Below are positions 11,361 through 24,250 of a stretch of 64,000 bases of DNA, in pieces. This stretch comes from Eledone cirrhosa (Eukaryota), in assembly GCA_964016885.1 (NCBI GenBank), contig OZ024742.1:167462001-167526000 (forward strand), written 5' to 3'. Under the pieces are notes generated by a model. The model was not told the DNA's origin and did not search any database. It saw only the letters and a list, made by a program, of their open reading frames with translations. The translations under genes were made by a program, and so were the position numbers. The stretch's first letter is position 1. Every line of letters begins with the position of its first letter.

Positions 11361-14300
11361 GGGGAGATAATTTCCCGCCAGCCAAGGGAAGATAATATTT
11401 TAAAAAATCAGGCGGAGATAATTTGTAAAAAAATCAGGGGGAGATAATTTGTAAAAAAAAAATCAGGGGGAGATAATTTGTAAAAAAAATCAGGGGGAGA
11501 TAATTTGTAAAAAAAAAATCAGGAGTAGATAATTTGTAAAAAAAAATCAGGGGGAGATAATTTGTAAAAAAAAAATCAGGGGGAGATAATTTGTAAAAAA
11601 AATCAGGGGGAGATAATTTGTAAAAAAAAATCAGGGGGAGATAATTTCCAGCCGTCCAAGGGGAGATAATTTTCAGCCGTCCAAGGGGAGATAATTTCCC
11701 GCCAGCCAAGGGAAGATAATATTTAAAAAAATCAGGCGGAGATAATTTGTAAAAAAAATCAGGGGGAGATAATTTGTAAAAAAATCAGGGGGAGATAATT
11801 TGTAAAAAAAATCAAGGGGAGATAATTTCCAGCCGTCCAAGGGGAGGTAATATCTAGCCGTCCAAGGGGAGATAATTTCCAGCCGTCCAACAGGAGATAA
11901 TTTCCAGCCGTCCAAGGGTAGATAATATCCAGCCGTCCAAGGAGACATATTTTCCAGCCGTCCAAGGAGAGGTAATTTCTAGCCGTCCAAGGGGAGATAA
12001 ATTCCAGCCTCCAAGGGGAGATAATTTCCAGCCAGCCAAGGGGAGATAATTTGTAAAAAAAATCAGGGGGAGATAATTTGTAAAAAAAATCAGGGGGAGA
12101 TAATTTGTAAAAAAAAATCAGGGGGAGATAATTTGTAAAAAAAATCAGGGGGAGATAATTTGTAAAAAAAAATCAAGGGGAGATAATTTCCAGCCGTCCA
12201 AGGGGAGATAATTTTCAGCCGCCCAAGGGCAGATAATTTCCCGCCAGCCAAGGGAAGATAATATTTAAAAAATCAGGCGGAGATAATTTGTAAAAAAAAT
12301 CAGGGGGAGATAATTTGTAAAAAAATCAGGGGGAGATAATTTGTAAAAAAAAAATCAGGGGGAGATAATTTGTAAAAGAAATCAGGGGGAGATGATTTGT
12401 AAAAAAAAATCAGGGGTAGATAATTTGTAAAAAAAAATCAGGGGGAGATAATTTGTAAAAAAAAATCAGGGGGAGATAATTTGTAAAAAAAATCAAGGGG
12501 AGATAATTTCCAGCCGTCGAAGGGAAGATAATTTCCAGCCCTCCAAGGGGCTATAATTTCCAGCGTCCAAGGGGAGATAATTTCCAGCCGTCCAAGGGGA
12601 GATAATTTCCAGCCGTCCAAGGGTAGATAATATCCAGCCGTCCAAGTAGACATTTTCCAGCCGTCCAAGGAGAGGTAATTTCTAGCCGTCCAGGGGGAGA
12701 TAAATTCCAGCCTCCAAGGGAAGATAATTTCCAGCCAGCCAAGGGGAGATAATTTGTAAAAAAAAATCAGGGGGAGATAATTTGTAAAAAAAAATCAGGG
12801 GGAGATAATTTGTAAAAAAAAATCAGGGGGAGATAATTTGTAAAAAAAATCAGGGGGAGATAATTTGTAAAAAAAATCAAGGGGAGATAATTTCCAGCCG
12901 TCCAAGGGGAGATAATTTTCAGCCGTCCAAGGGGAGATAATTTCCAGCCGTCCAAGGGGAGATAATTTCCATCCTTCCAAGGGGAGATAATTTCCAGCCG
13001 TCCAAGGGGAGATAATTTTCAGCCGTCCAAGGGGAGATAATTTCCCGCCAGCCAAGGGAAGATAATATTTTAAAAAATCAGGCGGAGATAATTTGTAAAA
13101 AAAATCAGGGGGAGATAATTTGTAAAAAAATCAGGGGGAGATAATTTGTAAAAAAAAAATCAGGGGGAGATAATTTGTAAAAAAAATCAGGGGGAGATAA
13201 TTTGTAAAAAAAAATCAGGGGTAGATAATTTGTAAAAAAAAATCAGGGGGAGATAATTTGTAAAAAAAAAATCAGGGGGAGATAATTTGTAAAAAAAATC
13301 AAGGGGGAGATAATTTCCAGCCGTCCAAGGTAAGATAATTTCCAGCACTCCAACGGGCTATAATTTGCAGTGTCCAAGGGGAGATAATTTCCAGCCAGCG
13401 AAGGGGAGATAATTTTTTAAAAAAAATCAGGGGGAGATATGTAAAAAAAATCAGAGGGGGATAATTTCTAAAAAAAATCAAAGGGAGATAATTTCCAGCC
13501 GTCCAAAGAGAGATAATTTCTAGCCGTCCAAGGGGAGATAATTTCCAGCCAAGGGGAGATAATTTCCAGCCGTCCAAGGGGAGATAATTATTTAAAAAAT
13601 CAGGTGGAGATAATTTGTAAAAAAAATCAGGGGGAGATAATTTGTAAAAACAAAATCAAGGGCAGATAATTTCCAGCTGTCCAAGGGGAGATAATTTCCA
13701 GCCGTGCAAGGGGAGATAATTTCCAGCCGTCCAAGGGGAGATAATTTCCATCCTTCCAAGGGGAGATAATTTCCAGCCGTCCAAGGGGAGATAATTTCCC
13801 GCCAGCCAAGGGAAGATAATTTTTTAAAAAATCAGGCGGAGATTGTAAAAAAAATCAGGGGGAGATAATTTGTAAAAAAATCAGGAGGAGATAATTTGTA
13901 AAAAAATCAAGGGGAGATAATTTCCAGCTGTCCAAGGGGAGGTAATATCTAGCCGTCCAAGGGGAGATAATTTTCAGCCGTCCAAGGGGAGATAATTTCC
14001 AGCCGTCCAAGGGTAGATAATATCCAGCCGTCCAAGGAGACATATTTTCCAGCCGTCCAAGGAGAGGTAATTTCTAGCCGTCCAAGTGGAGATAAATTCC
14101 AGCCTCCAAGGGGAGATAATTTCCAGCCAGCCAAGGGGAGATAATTTGTAAAAAAATCAGGGGGAGATAATTTGTAAAAAAAATCAGGGGGAGATAATTT
14201 GTAAAAAAAAATCAGGGGGAGAAAATTTGTAAAAAAAATCAGGGGGAGATAATTTGTAAAAAAAATCAAGGGGAGATAATTTCCAGCCGTCCAAGGAGAG

Positions 14301-17300
14301 ATAATTTTAAAAAAAAATCAGGCGGAGATAATTTGTAAAAAAAAATCAGGGGGAGATAATTTGTAAAAAAAAATCAGGGGGAGATAATTTGTAAAAAAAA
14401 TCAAGGGGAGATAATTTCCAGCCGTCCAAGGGGAGATAATTTTCAGCCGTCCAAGGGGAGATAATTTCCAGCCGTCCAAGGGGAGATAATTTTAAAAAAA
14501 AATCAGGCGGAGATAATTTGTAAAAAAAATCAAGGGGAGATAATTTGCAACCGTCCAAGGGGACATAATTTTCAGTCGTCCAAGGAGAGGTAATTTCTAG
14601 CCGTACAAGGGGAGATAATTTCCAGCCGTCCAAGGGGAGATAATTTCCAGCCGTCCAAGGGGAGATAATTTTTTTTTAAAAATCAGGCGGAGATAATTTG
14701 TAAAAAAAAAATCAGGGGGAGATAATTTGTAAAAAAAAATCAGGGGGAGATAATTTGTAAAAAAAAATCAGGGGGAGATAATTTGTAAAAAAAATCAAGG
14801 GGAGATAATTTCCAGCCGTCAAAGGGAAGATAATTTCCAGCCCTCCAAGGGGCTATAATTTCCAGCGTCCAAGGGGAGATAATTTCCAGCCAGCGAAGGG
14901 GACATAATTGTTTTAAAAAAATCATTGGGAGATTTGTAAAAAAAATCAGGGGGAGATAATTAATAAAAAAAATCAAGGGGAGATAATTTCCAGCCGTCCA
15001 AGGGGAGGTAATATCTAGCCGTCCAAGGGGAGATAATTTCCAGCCGTCCAAGGGGAGATAATTTCTAGCCGTCCAAGAGTAGATAATATCCAGCCGTCCA
15101 AGGAGACATATTTTCCAGCCGTCCAAGGAGAGGTAATTTCTAGCCGTCCAAGGGGAGATAAATTCCAGCCTCCAAGGGGAGATAATTTCCAGCCAGCCAA
15201 GGGGAGATAATTTGTAAAAAAATCAGGGGGAGATAATTTGTAAAATAAATCAGGGGTAGATAATTTGTAAAAAAAAATCAGGGGGAGATAATTTGTAAAA
15301 AAAAATCAGGGGGAGATAATTTGTAAAAAAAATCAAGGGGAGATAATTTCCAGCCGTCCAAGGAGAGATAATTTAAAAAAAAATCAGGCGGAGATAATTT
15401 GTAAAAAAAAATCAGGGGGAGATAATTTGTAAAAAAAAATCAGGGGGAGATAATTTGTAAAAAAAATCAAGGGGAGATAATTTCCAGCCGTCCAAGGGGA
15501 GATAATTTCCAGCCGTCCAAGGGGAAATAATTTTTTTAAAAAAATCAGGCGGAGATAATTTGTAAAAAAAATCAGGGGGAGATAATTTGTAAAAAAAAAT
15601 CAGGGGGAGATAATTTGTAAAAAAAATCAGGGGGAGATAATTTCCAGCCGTCCAAGGTAAGATAATTTCCAGCCCTCCAAGGGGCTATAATTTCCAGCAT
15701 CCAAGGGGAGATAATTTCCAGCCGTCCAAGTAGACATATTTTCCAGCCGTCCAAGGAGAGGTAATTTCTAGCCGTCCAAGGGGAGATAAATTCCAGCCTC
15801 CAAGGGGGGATAATTTCCAGCCAGCCAAGGGGAGATAATTTGTAAAAAAATCAGGGGGAGATAATTTGTAAAAAAAATCAGGGGTAGATAATTTGTAAAA
15901 AAAAATCAGGGGGAGATAATTTGTAAAAAAAAATCAGGGGGAGATAATTTGTAAAAAAAAATCAGGGGGAGATAATTTCCAGCCGTCCAAGGGGAGATAA
16001 TTTTCAGCCGTCCAAGGGTAGATAATATCCAGCCGTCCACGTAGACATTTTCCAGCCGTCCAAGGAGAGGTAATTTCTAGCCGTCCAAGGGGAGATAAAT
16101 TCCAGCCTCCAAGGGGAGATAATTTCCAGCCAGCCAAGGGGAGATAATTTGTAAAAAAATCAGGGGGAGATAATTTGTAAAAAAAATCAGGGGGAGATAA
16201 TTTGTAAAAAAAAATCAGGGAGATAATTTGTAAAAAAAAATCAGGGGGAGATAATTTGTAAAAAAAAAATCAGGGGGAGATAATTTGTAAAAAAAATCAA
16301 GGGGAGATAATTTCCAGCCGTCCAAGGGGAGATAATTTTCAGCCGTCCAAGGGGAGATAATTTCCAGCCGTCCAAGGGGAGATAATTTCCATCCTTCCAA
16401 GGGGAGATAATTTCCAGCCGTCCAAGGGGAGATAATTTTCAGTCGTCCAAGGGGAGATAATTTCCCGCCAGCCAAGGGAAGATAATATTTTAAAAAATCA
16501 GGCGGAGATAATTTGTAAAAAAAAATCAGGGGGAGATAATTTGTAAAAAAATCAGGGGGAGATAATTTGTAAAAAAAAATCAGGGGGAGATAATTTGTAA
16601 AAAAAATCAGGGGGAGATAATTTGTAAAAAAAAAATCAGGGGTAGATAATTTGTAAAAAAAAATCAGGGGGAGATAATTTGTAAAAAAAAAATCAGGGGG
16701 AGATAATTTGTAAAAAAAATCAGGGGGAGATAATTTGTAAAAAAAAATCAGGGGGAGATAATTTCCAGCCGTCCAAGGGGAGATAATTTTCAGCCGTCCA
16801 AGGGGAGATAATTTCCCGCCAGCCAAGGGAAGATAATATTTAAAAAAATCAGGCGGAGATAATTTGTAAAAAAAAATCAGGGGGAGATAATTTGTAAAAA
16901 AATCAGGGGGAGATAATTTGTAAAAAAAATCAAGGGGAGATAATTTCCAGCCGTCCAAGGGGAGGTAATATCTAGCCGTCCAAGGGGAGATAATTTCCAG
17001 CCGTCCAACAGGAGATAATTTCCAGCCGTCCAAGGGTAGATAATATCCAGCCGTCCAAGGAGACATATTTTCCAGCCGTCCAAGGAGAGGTAATTTCTAG
17101 CCGTCCAAGGGGAGATAAATTCCAGCCTCCAAGGGGAGATAATTTCCAGCCAGCCAAGGGGAGATAATTTGTAAAAAAAATCAGGGGGAGATAATTTGTA
17201 AAAAAAATCAGGGGGAGATAATTTGTAAAAAAAAATCAGGGGGAGATAATTTGTAAAAAAAATCAGGGGGAGATAATTTGTAAAAAAAAATCAAGGGGAG

Positions 17301-20300
17301 ATAATTTCCAGCCGTCCAAGGGGAGATAATTTTCAGCCGCCCAAGGGGAAATAATTTCCCGCCAGCCAAGGTTATATAATATTTAAAAAATCAGGCGGAG
17401 ATAATTTGTAAAAAAAATCAGGGGGAGATAATTTGTAAAAAAATCAGGGGGAGATAATTTGTAAAAAAAAAATCAGGGGGAGATAATTTGTAAAAGAAAT
17501 CAGGGGGAGATGATTTGTAAAAAAAAATCAGGGGTAGATAATTTGTAAAAAAAAATCAGGGGGAGATAATTTGTAAAAAAAAATCAGGGGGAGATAATTT
17601 GTAAAAAAAAATCAAGGGGAGATAATTTCCAGCCGTCGAAGGGAAGATAATTTCCAGCCCTCCAAGGGGCTATAATTTCCAGCGTCCAAGGGGAGATAAT
17701 TTCCAGCCGTCCAAGGGGAGATAATTTCCAGCCGTCCAAGGGTAGATAATATCCAGCCGTCCAAGTAGACATTTTCCAGCCGTCCAAGGAGAGGTAATTT
17801 CTAGCCGTCCAAGGGGAGATAAATTCCAGCCTCCAAGGGAAGATAATTTCCAGCCAGCCAAGGGGAGATAATTTGTAAAAAAATCAGGGGGAGATAATTT
17901 GTAAAAAAAAATCAGGGGGAGATAATTTGTAAAAAAAAATCAGGGGGAGATAATTTGTAAAAAAAAATCAGGGGGAGATAATTTGTAAAAAAAATCAGGG
18001 GGAGATAATTTGTAAAAAAAATCAAGGGGAGATAATTTCCAGCCGTCCAAGGGGAGATAATTTCCAGCCGTCCAAGGGGAGATAATTTTTTAAAAAAAAT
18101 CAGGCGGAGATAATTTGTAAAAAAAATCAGGGGGAGATAATTAATAAAAAAAATCAAGGGGAAATAATTCCCAGCCGTCCAAGGGGAGGTAATATCTAGC
18201 CGTCCAAGGGGAGATAATTTCCAGCCGTCCAAGGGGAGATAATTTCCAGCCGTCCAAGGGTAGATAATATCCAGCCGTCCAAGGAGACATATTTTCCAGC
18301 CGTCCAAGGAGAGGTAATTTCTAGCCGTCCAAGGGGAGATAAATTCCAGCCTCCAAGGGGAGATAATTTCCAGCCAGCCAAGGGGAGATAATTTGTAAAA
18401 AAATCAGGGGGAGATAATTTGTAAAATAAATCAGGGGTAGATAATTTGTAAAAAAAAATCAGGGGGAGATAATTTGTAAAAAAAAATCAGGGGGAGATAA
18501 TTTGTAAAAAAAATCAAGGGGAGATAATTTCCAGCCGTCCAAGGAGAGATAATTTAAAAAAAAAATCAGGCGGAGATAATTTGTAAAAAAAAATCAGGGG
18601 GAGATAATTTGTAAAAAAAAATCAGGGGGAGATAATTTGTAAAAAAAATCAAGGGGAGATAATTTCCAGCCGTCCAAGGGGAGATAATTTCCAGCCGTCC
18701 AAGGGGAAATAATTTTTTTAAAAAAATCAGGCGGAGATAATTTGTAAAAAAAATCAGGGGGAGATAATTTGTAAAAAAAAATCAGGGGGAGATAATTTGT
18801 AAAAAAAAATCAGGGGGAGATAATTTCCAGCCGTCCAAGGTAAGATAATTTCCAGCCCTCCAAGGGGCTATAATTTCCAGCATCCAAGGGGAGATAATTT
18901 CCAGCCGTCCAAGGGTAGATAATATCCAGCCGTCCAAGTAGACATATTTTCCAGCCGTCCAAGGAGAGGTAATTTCTAGCCGTCCAAGGGGAGATAAATT
19001 ACAGCCTCCAAGGGGAGATAATTTCCAGCCGTCCAAGGGGAGATAATTTAAAAAAAAAAACAGGCGAAGATAATTTGTAAAAAAAAAATCAGGGGGAGAT
19101 AATTTGTAAAAAAAAATCAGGGGGAGATAATTTGTAAAAAAAAATCAGGGGGAGGTAATTTGTGAAAAAAAATCAAGGGGAGATAATTTCCAGCCGTCCA
19201 AGGGAAGATAATTTCCAGCCCTCCAAGGGGCTATAATTTCCAGCGTCCAAGGGGAGATAATTTCCAGCCAGCGAAGGGGAGATAATTTTTTTTTTTTTAA
19301 ATCAGGGGGACATAATTTGTAAAAAAAATCAGGGGGAGATAATTTGTAAAAAAAATCAAGGGGAGATAATTTTAAAAAAAAAATCAGGGGGAGATAATTT
19401 GTAAAAAAAAATCAGGGGGAGATAATTTGTAAAAAAAATCAAGGGGAGATAATTTGTAAAAAAAAATCAAGGGGAGATAATTTCCAGCCGTCCAAGGGGA
19501 GATAATTTTCAGCCGTCCAAGGGGAGATAATTTCCCGCCAGCCAAGGAAAGATAATATTTAAAAAAATCAGGCGGAGATAATTTGTAAAAAAAATCAGGG
19601 GGAGATAATTTGTAAAAAAATCAGGGGGAGATAATTTGTAAAAAAAAAATCAGGGGGAGATAATTTGTAAAAAAAATCAGGGGGAGATAATTTGTAAAAA
19701 AAAATCAGGGGGAGATAATTTGTAAAAAAAAATCAGGGGGAGATAATTTGTAAAAAAAATCAATTGGAGATAATTTCCAGCCGTCCAAGGGGAGATAATT
19801 TTCAGCCGTCCAAGGAGAGGTAATTTCTAGACGTCCAAGGGGAGATAATTTCCAGCCGTCCAAGGGGAGATAATTTCCAGCCGTCCAAGGGTAGATAATA
19901 TCCAGCCGTCCAAGGAGACATATTTTCCAGCTTTCCAAGGAGAGGTAATTTCTAGCCGTCCAAGGGGAGATAAATTCCAGCCTCCAAGGGGAGATAATTT
20001 CCAGCCAGCCAAGGGGAGATAATTTGTAAAAAAATCAGGGGGAGATAATTTGTAAAAAAAAATCAGGGGCAGATAATTTGTAAAAAAAATCAGGGGGAGA
20101 TAATTTGTAAAAAAAATCAGGGGGAGATAATTTGTAAAAAAAATCAAGGGGAGATAATTTCCAGCCGTCCAAGGGGAGATAATTTTCAGCCGTCCAAGGG
20201 GAGATAATTTCCCGCCAGCCAAGGGAAGATAATATTTAAAAAATGAGGCGGAGATAATTTGTAAAAAAAATCAGGGGGAGATAATTTGTAAAAAAATCAG

Positions 20301-21359
20301 GGGGAGATAATTTGTAAAAAAAAAATCAGGGAGAGATAATTTGTAAAAAAAATCAGGGGGAGATAATTTGTAAAAAAAAATCAGGGGTAGATAATTTGTA
20401 AAAAAAAATCAGGGGGAGATAATTTGTAAAAAAAATCAGGGGGAGATAATTTGTAAAAAAAATCAAGGGGAGATAATTTCCAGCCGTCCAAGGGAAGATA
20501 ATTTCAAGCCCTCCAAGGGGCTATAATTTCCAGTGTCCAAGGGGAGATAATTTCCAGCCAGCGAAGGGGAGATAATTTTTTTTTTTAAATCAGGGGGAGA
20601 TTTGTACAAAAAATCAGGGGGAGATAATTTGTAAAAAAAATCAAAGGGAGATAATTTCCAGCCGTCCAAAGAGAGATAATTTCTAGCCGTCCAAGGGGAG
20701 ATAATTTCGAGCCAAGGGGAGATAATTTCCAGCCGTCCAAGGGGAGATAATTTTTTAAAAAATCAGGTGGAGATAATTTGTAAAAAAAATCAGGGGGAGA
20801 TAATTTGTAAAAACAAAATCAAGGGCAGATAATTTCCAGCTGTCCAAGGGGAGATAATTTCCAGCCGTGCAAGGGGAGATAATTTCCAGCCGTCCAAGGG
20901 GAGATAATTTCCATCCTTCCAAGGGGAGATAATTTCCAGCCGTCCAAGGGGAGATAATTTCCCGCCAGCCAAGGGAAGATAATTTTTTAAAAAATCAGGC
21001 GGAGATTGTAAAAAAAATCAGGGGGAGATAATTTGTAAAAAAATCAGGGGGAGATAATTTCCAGCTGTCCAAGGGGAGGTAATATCTAGCCGTCCAAGGG
21101 GAGATAATTTCCAGCCGTCCAAGGGGAGATAAATTCCATCCGTCCAAGGGTAGATAATATCCAGCCGTCCAAGGAGACATATTTTCCAGCCGTCCAAGGA
21201 GAGGTAATTTCTAGCCGTCCAAGTGGAGATAAATTACAGCCTCCAAGGGGAGATAATTTCCATCCTTCCAAGGGGAGATAATTTCCAGCCGTCCAAGGGG
21301 AGATAATTTCCCGCCAGCCAAGGGAAGATAATTTTTTAAAAAATCAGGCGGAGATTGTA

Positions 21360-24250
21360 AAAAAAATCAGGGGGAGATAATTTGTAAAAAAAATCAGGGG
21401 GAGATAATTTGTAAAAAAAATCAGGGGGAGATAATTTGTAAAAAAAATCAGGGGGAGATAATTTGTAAAAAAAATCAAGGGGAGATAATTTCCAGCCGTC
21501 CAAGGAGAGATAATTTAAAAAAAAAATCAGGCGGAGATAATTTGTAAAAAAAAATCAGGGGGAGATAATTTGTAAAAAAAAATCAGGGGGAGATAATTTG
21601 TAAAAAAAATCAAGGGGAGATAATTTCCAGCCGTCCAAGGGGAGATAATTTTCAGCCGTCCAAGGGGAGATAATTTCCAGCCGTCCAAGGGGAGATAATT
21701 TTAAAAAAAAATCAGGCGGAGATAATTTGTAAAAAAAATCAAGGGGAGATAATTTGCAACCGTCCAAGGGGACATAATTTTCAGTCGTCCAAGGAGAGGT
21801 AATTTCTAGCCGTACAAGGGGAGATAATTTCCAGCCGTCCAAGGGGAGATAATTTCCAGCCGTCCAAGGGGAGATAATTTTTTTTTAAAAATCAGGCGGA
21901 GATAATTTGTAAAAAAAAAATCAGGGGGAGATAATTTGTAAAAAAAAATCAGGGGGTGATAATTTGTAAAAAAAAATCAGGGGGAGATAATTTGTAAAAA
22001 AAATCAAGGGGAGATAATTTCCAGCCGTCCAAGGGAAGATAATTTCCAGCCCTCCAAGGGGCTATAATTTCCAGCGTCCAAGGGGAGATAATTTCCAGCC
22101 AGCGAAGGGGAGATAATTGTTTTAAAAAAATCATTGGGAGATTTGTAAAAAAAATCAGGGGGAGATAATTAATAAAAAAAATCAAGGGGAGATAATTTCC
22201 AGCCGTCCAAGGGGAGGTAATATCTAGCCGTCCAAGGGGAGATAATTTCCAGCCGTCCAAGGGGAGATAATTTCCAGCCGTCCAAGGGTAGATAATATCC
22301 AGCCGTCCAAGGAGACATATTTTCCAGCCGTCCAAGGAGAGGTAATTTCTAGCCGTCCAAGGGGAGATAAATTCCAGCCTCCAAGGGGAGATAATTTCCA
22401 GCCAGCCAAGGGGAGATAATTTGTAAAAAAATCAGGGGGAGATAATTTGTAAAAAAAATCAGGGGTAGATAATTTGTAAAAAAAAATCAGGGGGAGATAA
22501 TTTGTAAAAGAAAATCAGGGGGAGATAATTTGTAAAAAAAATCAAGGGGAGATAATTTCCAGCCGTCCAAGGAGAGATAATTTTAAAAAAAAATCAGGCG
22601 GAGATAATTTGTAAAAAAAAATCAGGGGGAGATAATTTGTAAAAAAAAATCAGGGGGAGATAATTTGTAAAAAAAATCAAGGGGAGATAATTTCCAGCCG
22701 TCCAAGGGGAGATAATTTCCAGCCGTCCAAGGGGAGATAATTTTTTTAAAAAAATCAGGCGGAGATAATTTGTAAAAAAAATCAGGGGGAGATAATTTGT
22801 AAAAAAAAATCAGGGGGAGATAATTTGTAAAAAAAATCAGGGGGAGATAATTTGTAAAAAAAAATCAGGGGGAGATAATTTGTAAAAAAAATCAGGGGGA
22901 GATAATTTGTAAAAAAAATCAAGGGGAGATAATTTCCAGCCGTCCAAGGAGAGATAATTTTAAAAAAAAATCAGGCGGAGATAATTTGTAAAAAAAAATC
23001 AGGGGGAGATAATTTGTAAAAAAAAATCAGGGGGAGATAATTTGTAAAAAAAATCAAGGGGAGATAATTTCCAGCCGTCCAAGGGGAGATAATTTTCAGC
23101 CGTCCAAGGGGAGATAATTTCCAGCCGTCCAAGGGGAGATAATTTTAAAAAAAAATCAGGCGGAGATGATTTGTAAAAAAAATCAAGGGGAGATAATTTG
23201 CAACCGTCCAAGGGGACATAATTTTCAGTCGTCCAAGGAGAGGTAATTTCTAGCCGTACAAGGGGAGATAATTTCCAGCCGTCCAAGGGGAGATAATTTC
23301 CAGCCGTCCAAGGGGAGATAATTTTTTTTTAAAAATCAGGCGGAGATAATTTGTAAAAAAAAAATCAGGGGGAGATAATTTGTAAAAAAAAATCAGGGGG
23401 AGATAATTTGTAAAAAAAAATCAGGGGGAGATAATTTGTAAAAAAAATCAAGGGGAGATAATTTCCAGCCGTCCAAGGGAAGATAATTTCCAGCCCTCCA
23501 AGGGGCTATAATTTCCAGCGTCCAAGGGGAGATAATTTCCAGCCAGCGAAGGGGAGATAATTGTTTTAAAAAAATCATTGGGAGATTTGTAAAAAAAATC
23601 AGGGGAGATAATTAATAAAAAAAATCAAGGGGAGATAATTTCCAGCCGTCCAAGGGGAGGTAATATCTAGCCGTCCAAGGGGAGATAATTTCCAGCCGTC
23701 CAAGGGGAGATAATTTCCAGCCGTCCAAGGGTAGATAATATCCAGCCGTCCAAGGAGACATATTTTCCAGCCGTCCAAGGAGAGGTAATTTCTAGCCGTC
23801 CAAGGGGAGATAAATTCCAGCCTCCAAGGGGAGATAATTTCCAGCCAGCCAAGGGGAGATAATTTGTAAAAAAATCAGGGGGAGATAATTTGTAAAAAAA
23901 ATCAGGGGTAGATAATTTGTAAAAAAAAATCAGGGGGAGATAATTTGTAAAAAAAAATCAGGGGGAGATAATTTGTAAAAAAAATCAAGGGGAGATAATT
24001 TCCAGCCGTCCAAGGAGAGATAATTTTAAAAAAAAATCAGGCGGAGATAATTTGTAAAAAAAAATCAGGGGGAGATAATTTGTAAAAAAAAATCAGGGGG
24101 AGATAATTTGTAAAAAAAATCAAGGGGAGATAATTTCCAGCCGTCCAAGGGGAGATAATTTCCAGCCGTCCAAGGGGAGATAATTTTTTTAAAAAAATCA
24201 GGCGGAGATAATTTGTAAAAAAAATCAGGGGGAGATAATTTGTAAAAAAA
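21360..24250 (+). repeat. ~1.44-kb local tandem duplication
   Basis: ORF-track offsets 21555/22999 and 21949/23393 (1444) and 22224/23667 (1443). GCAACC, GTACAA and TCATTGG landmarks each appear twice. Mirrored at ~51330-54220. Confidence 0.85.

Larger units (their letters stand above)
1594..15188 (+). repeat. Tandem duplication: ~1594-8187 (6.6 kb) and ~8175-15188 (7.0 kb)
   Basis: Offsets step 6582, 6640, 7000, 7001. Shared rare variants include CCGTTCAAGGGGAGGT (~2320/8900), CAGGAGTAG (~4520/11520) and GTCCAGGGGGAG (~5690/12690). Confidence 0.85.

Noticed and set aside
2830-12795. Exact 7000-bp offset as a sign of synthetic construction or a formatting artefact
   Set aside because: The offset drifts (6582, 6640, 7000, 7001) and the copies differ by substitutions (e.g. 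GGCGGTG ~4415 vs GGCGGAG ~11415), as expected for a natural duplication.
17370-17380. TATA/-10-like GGTTATATAAT (also 47342) and TATAAT in GGGGCTATAATTT monomers
   Set aside because: These are point variants of the repeat core with no gene or other promoter elements nearby. They are useful only as copy markers.
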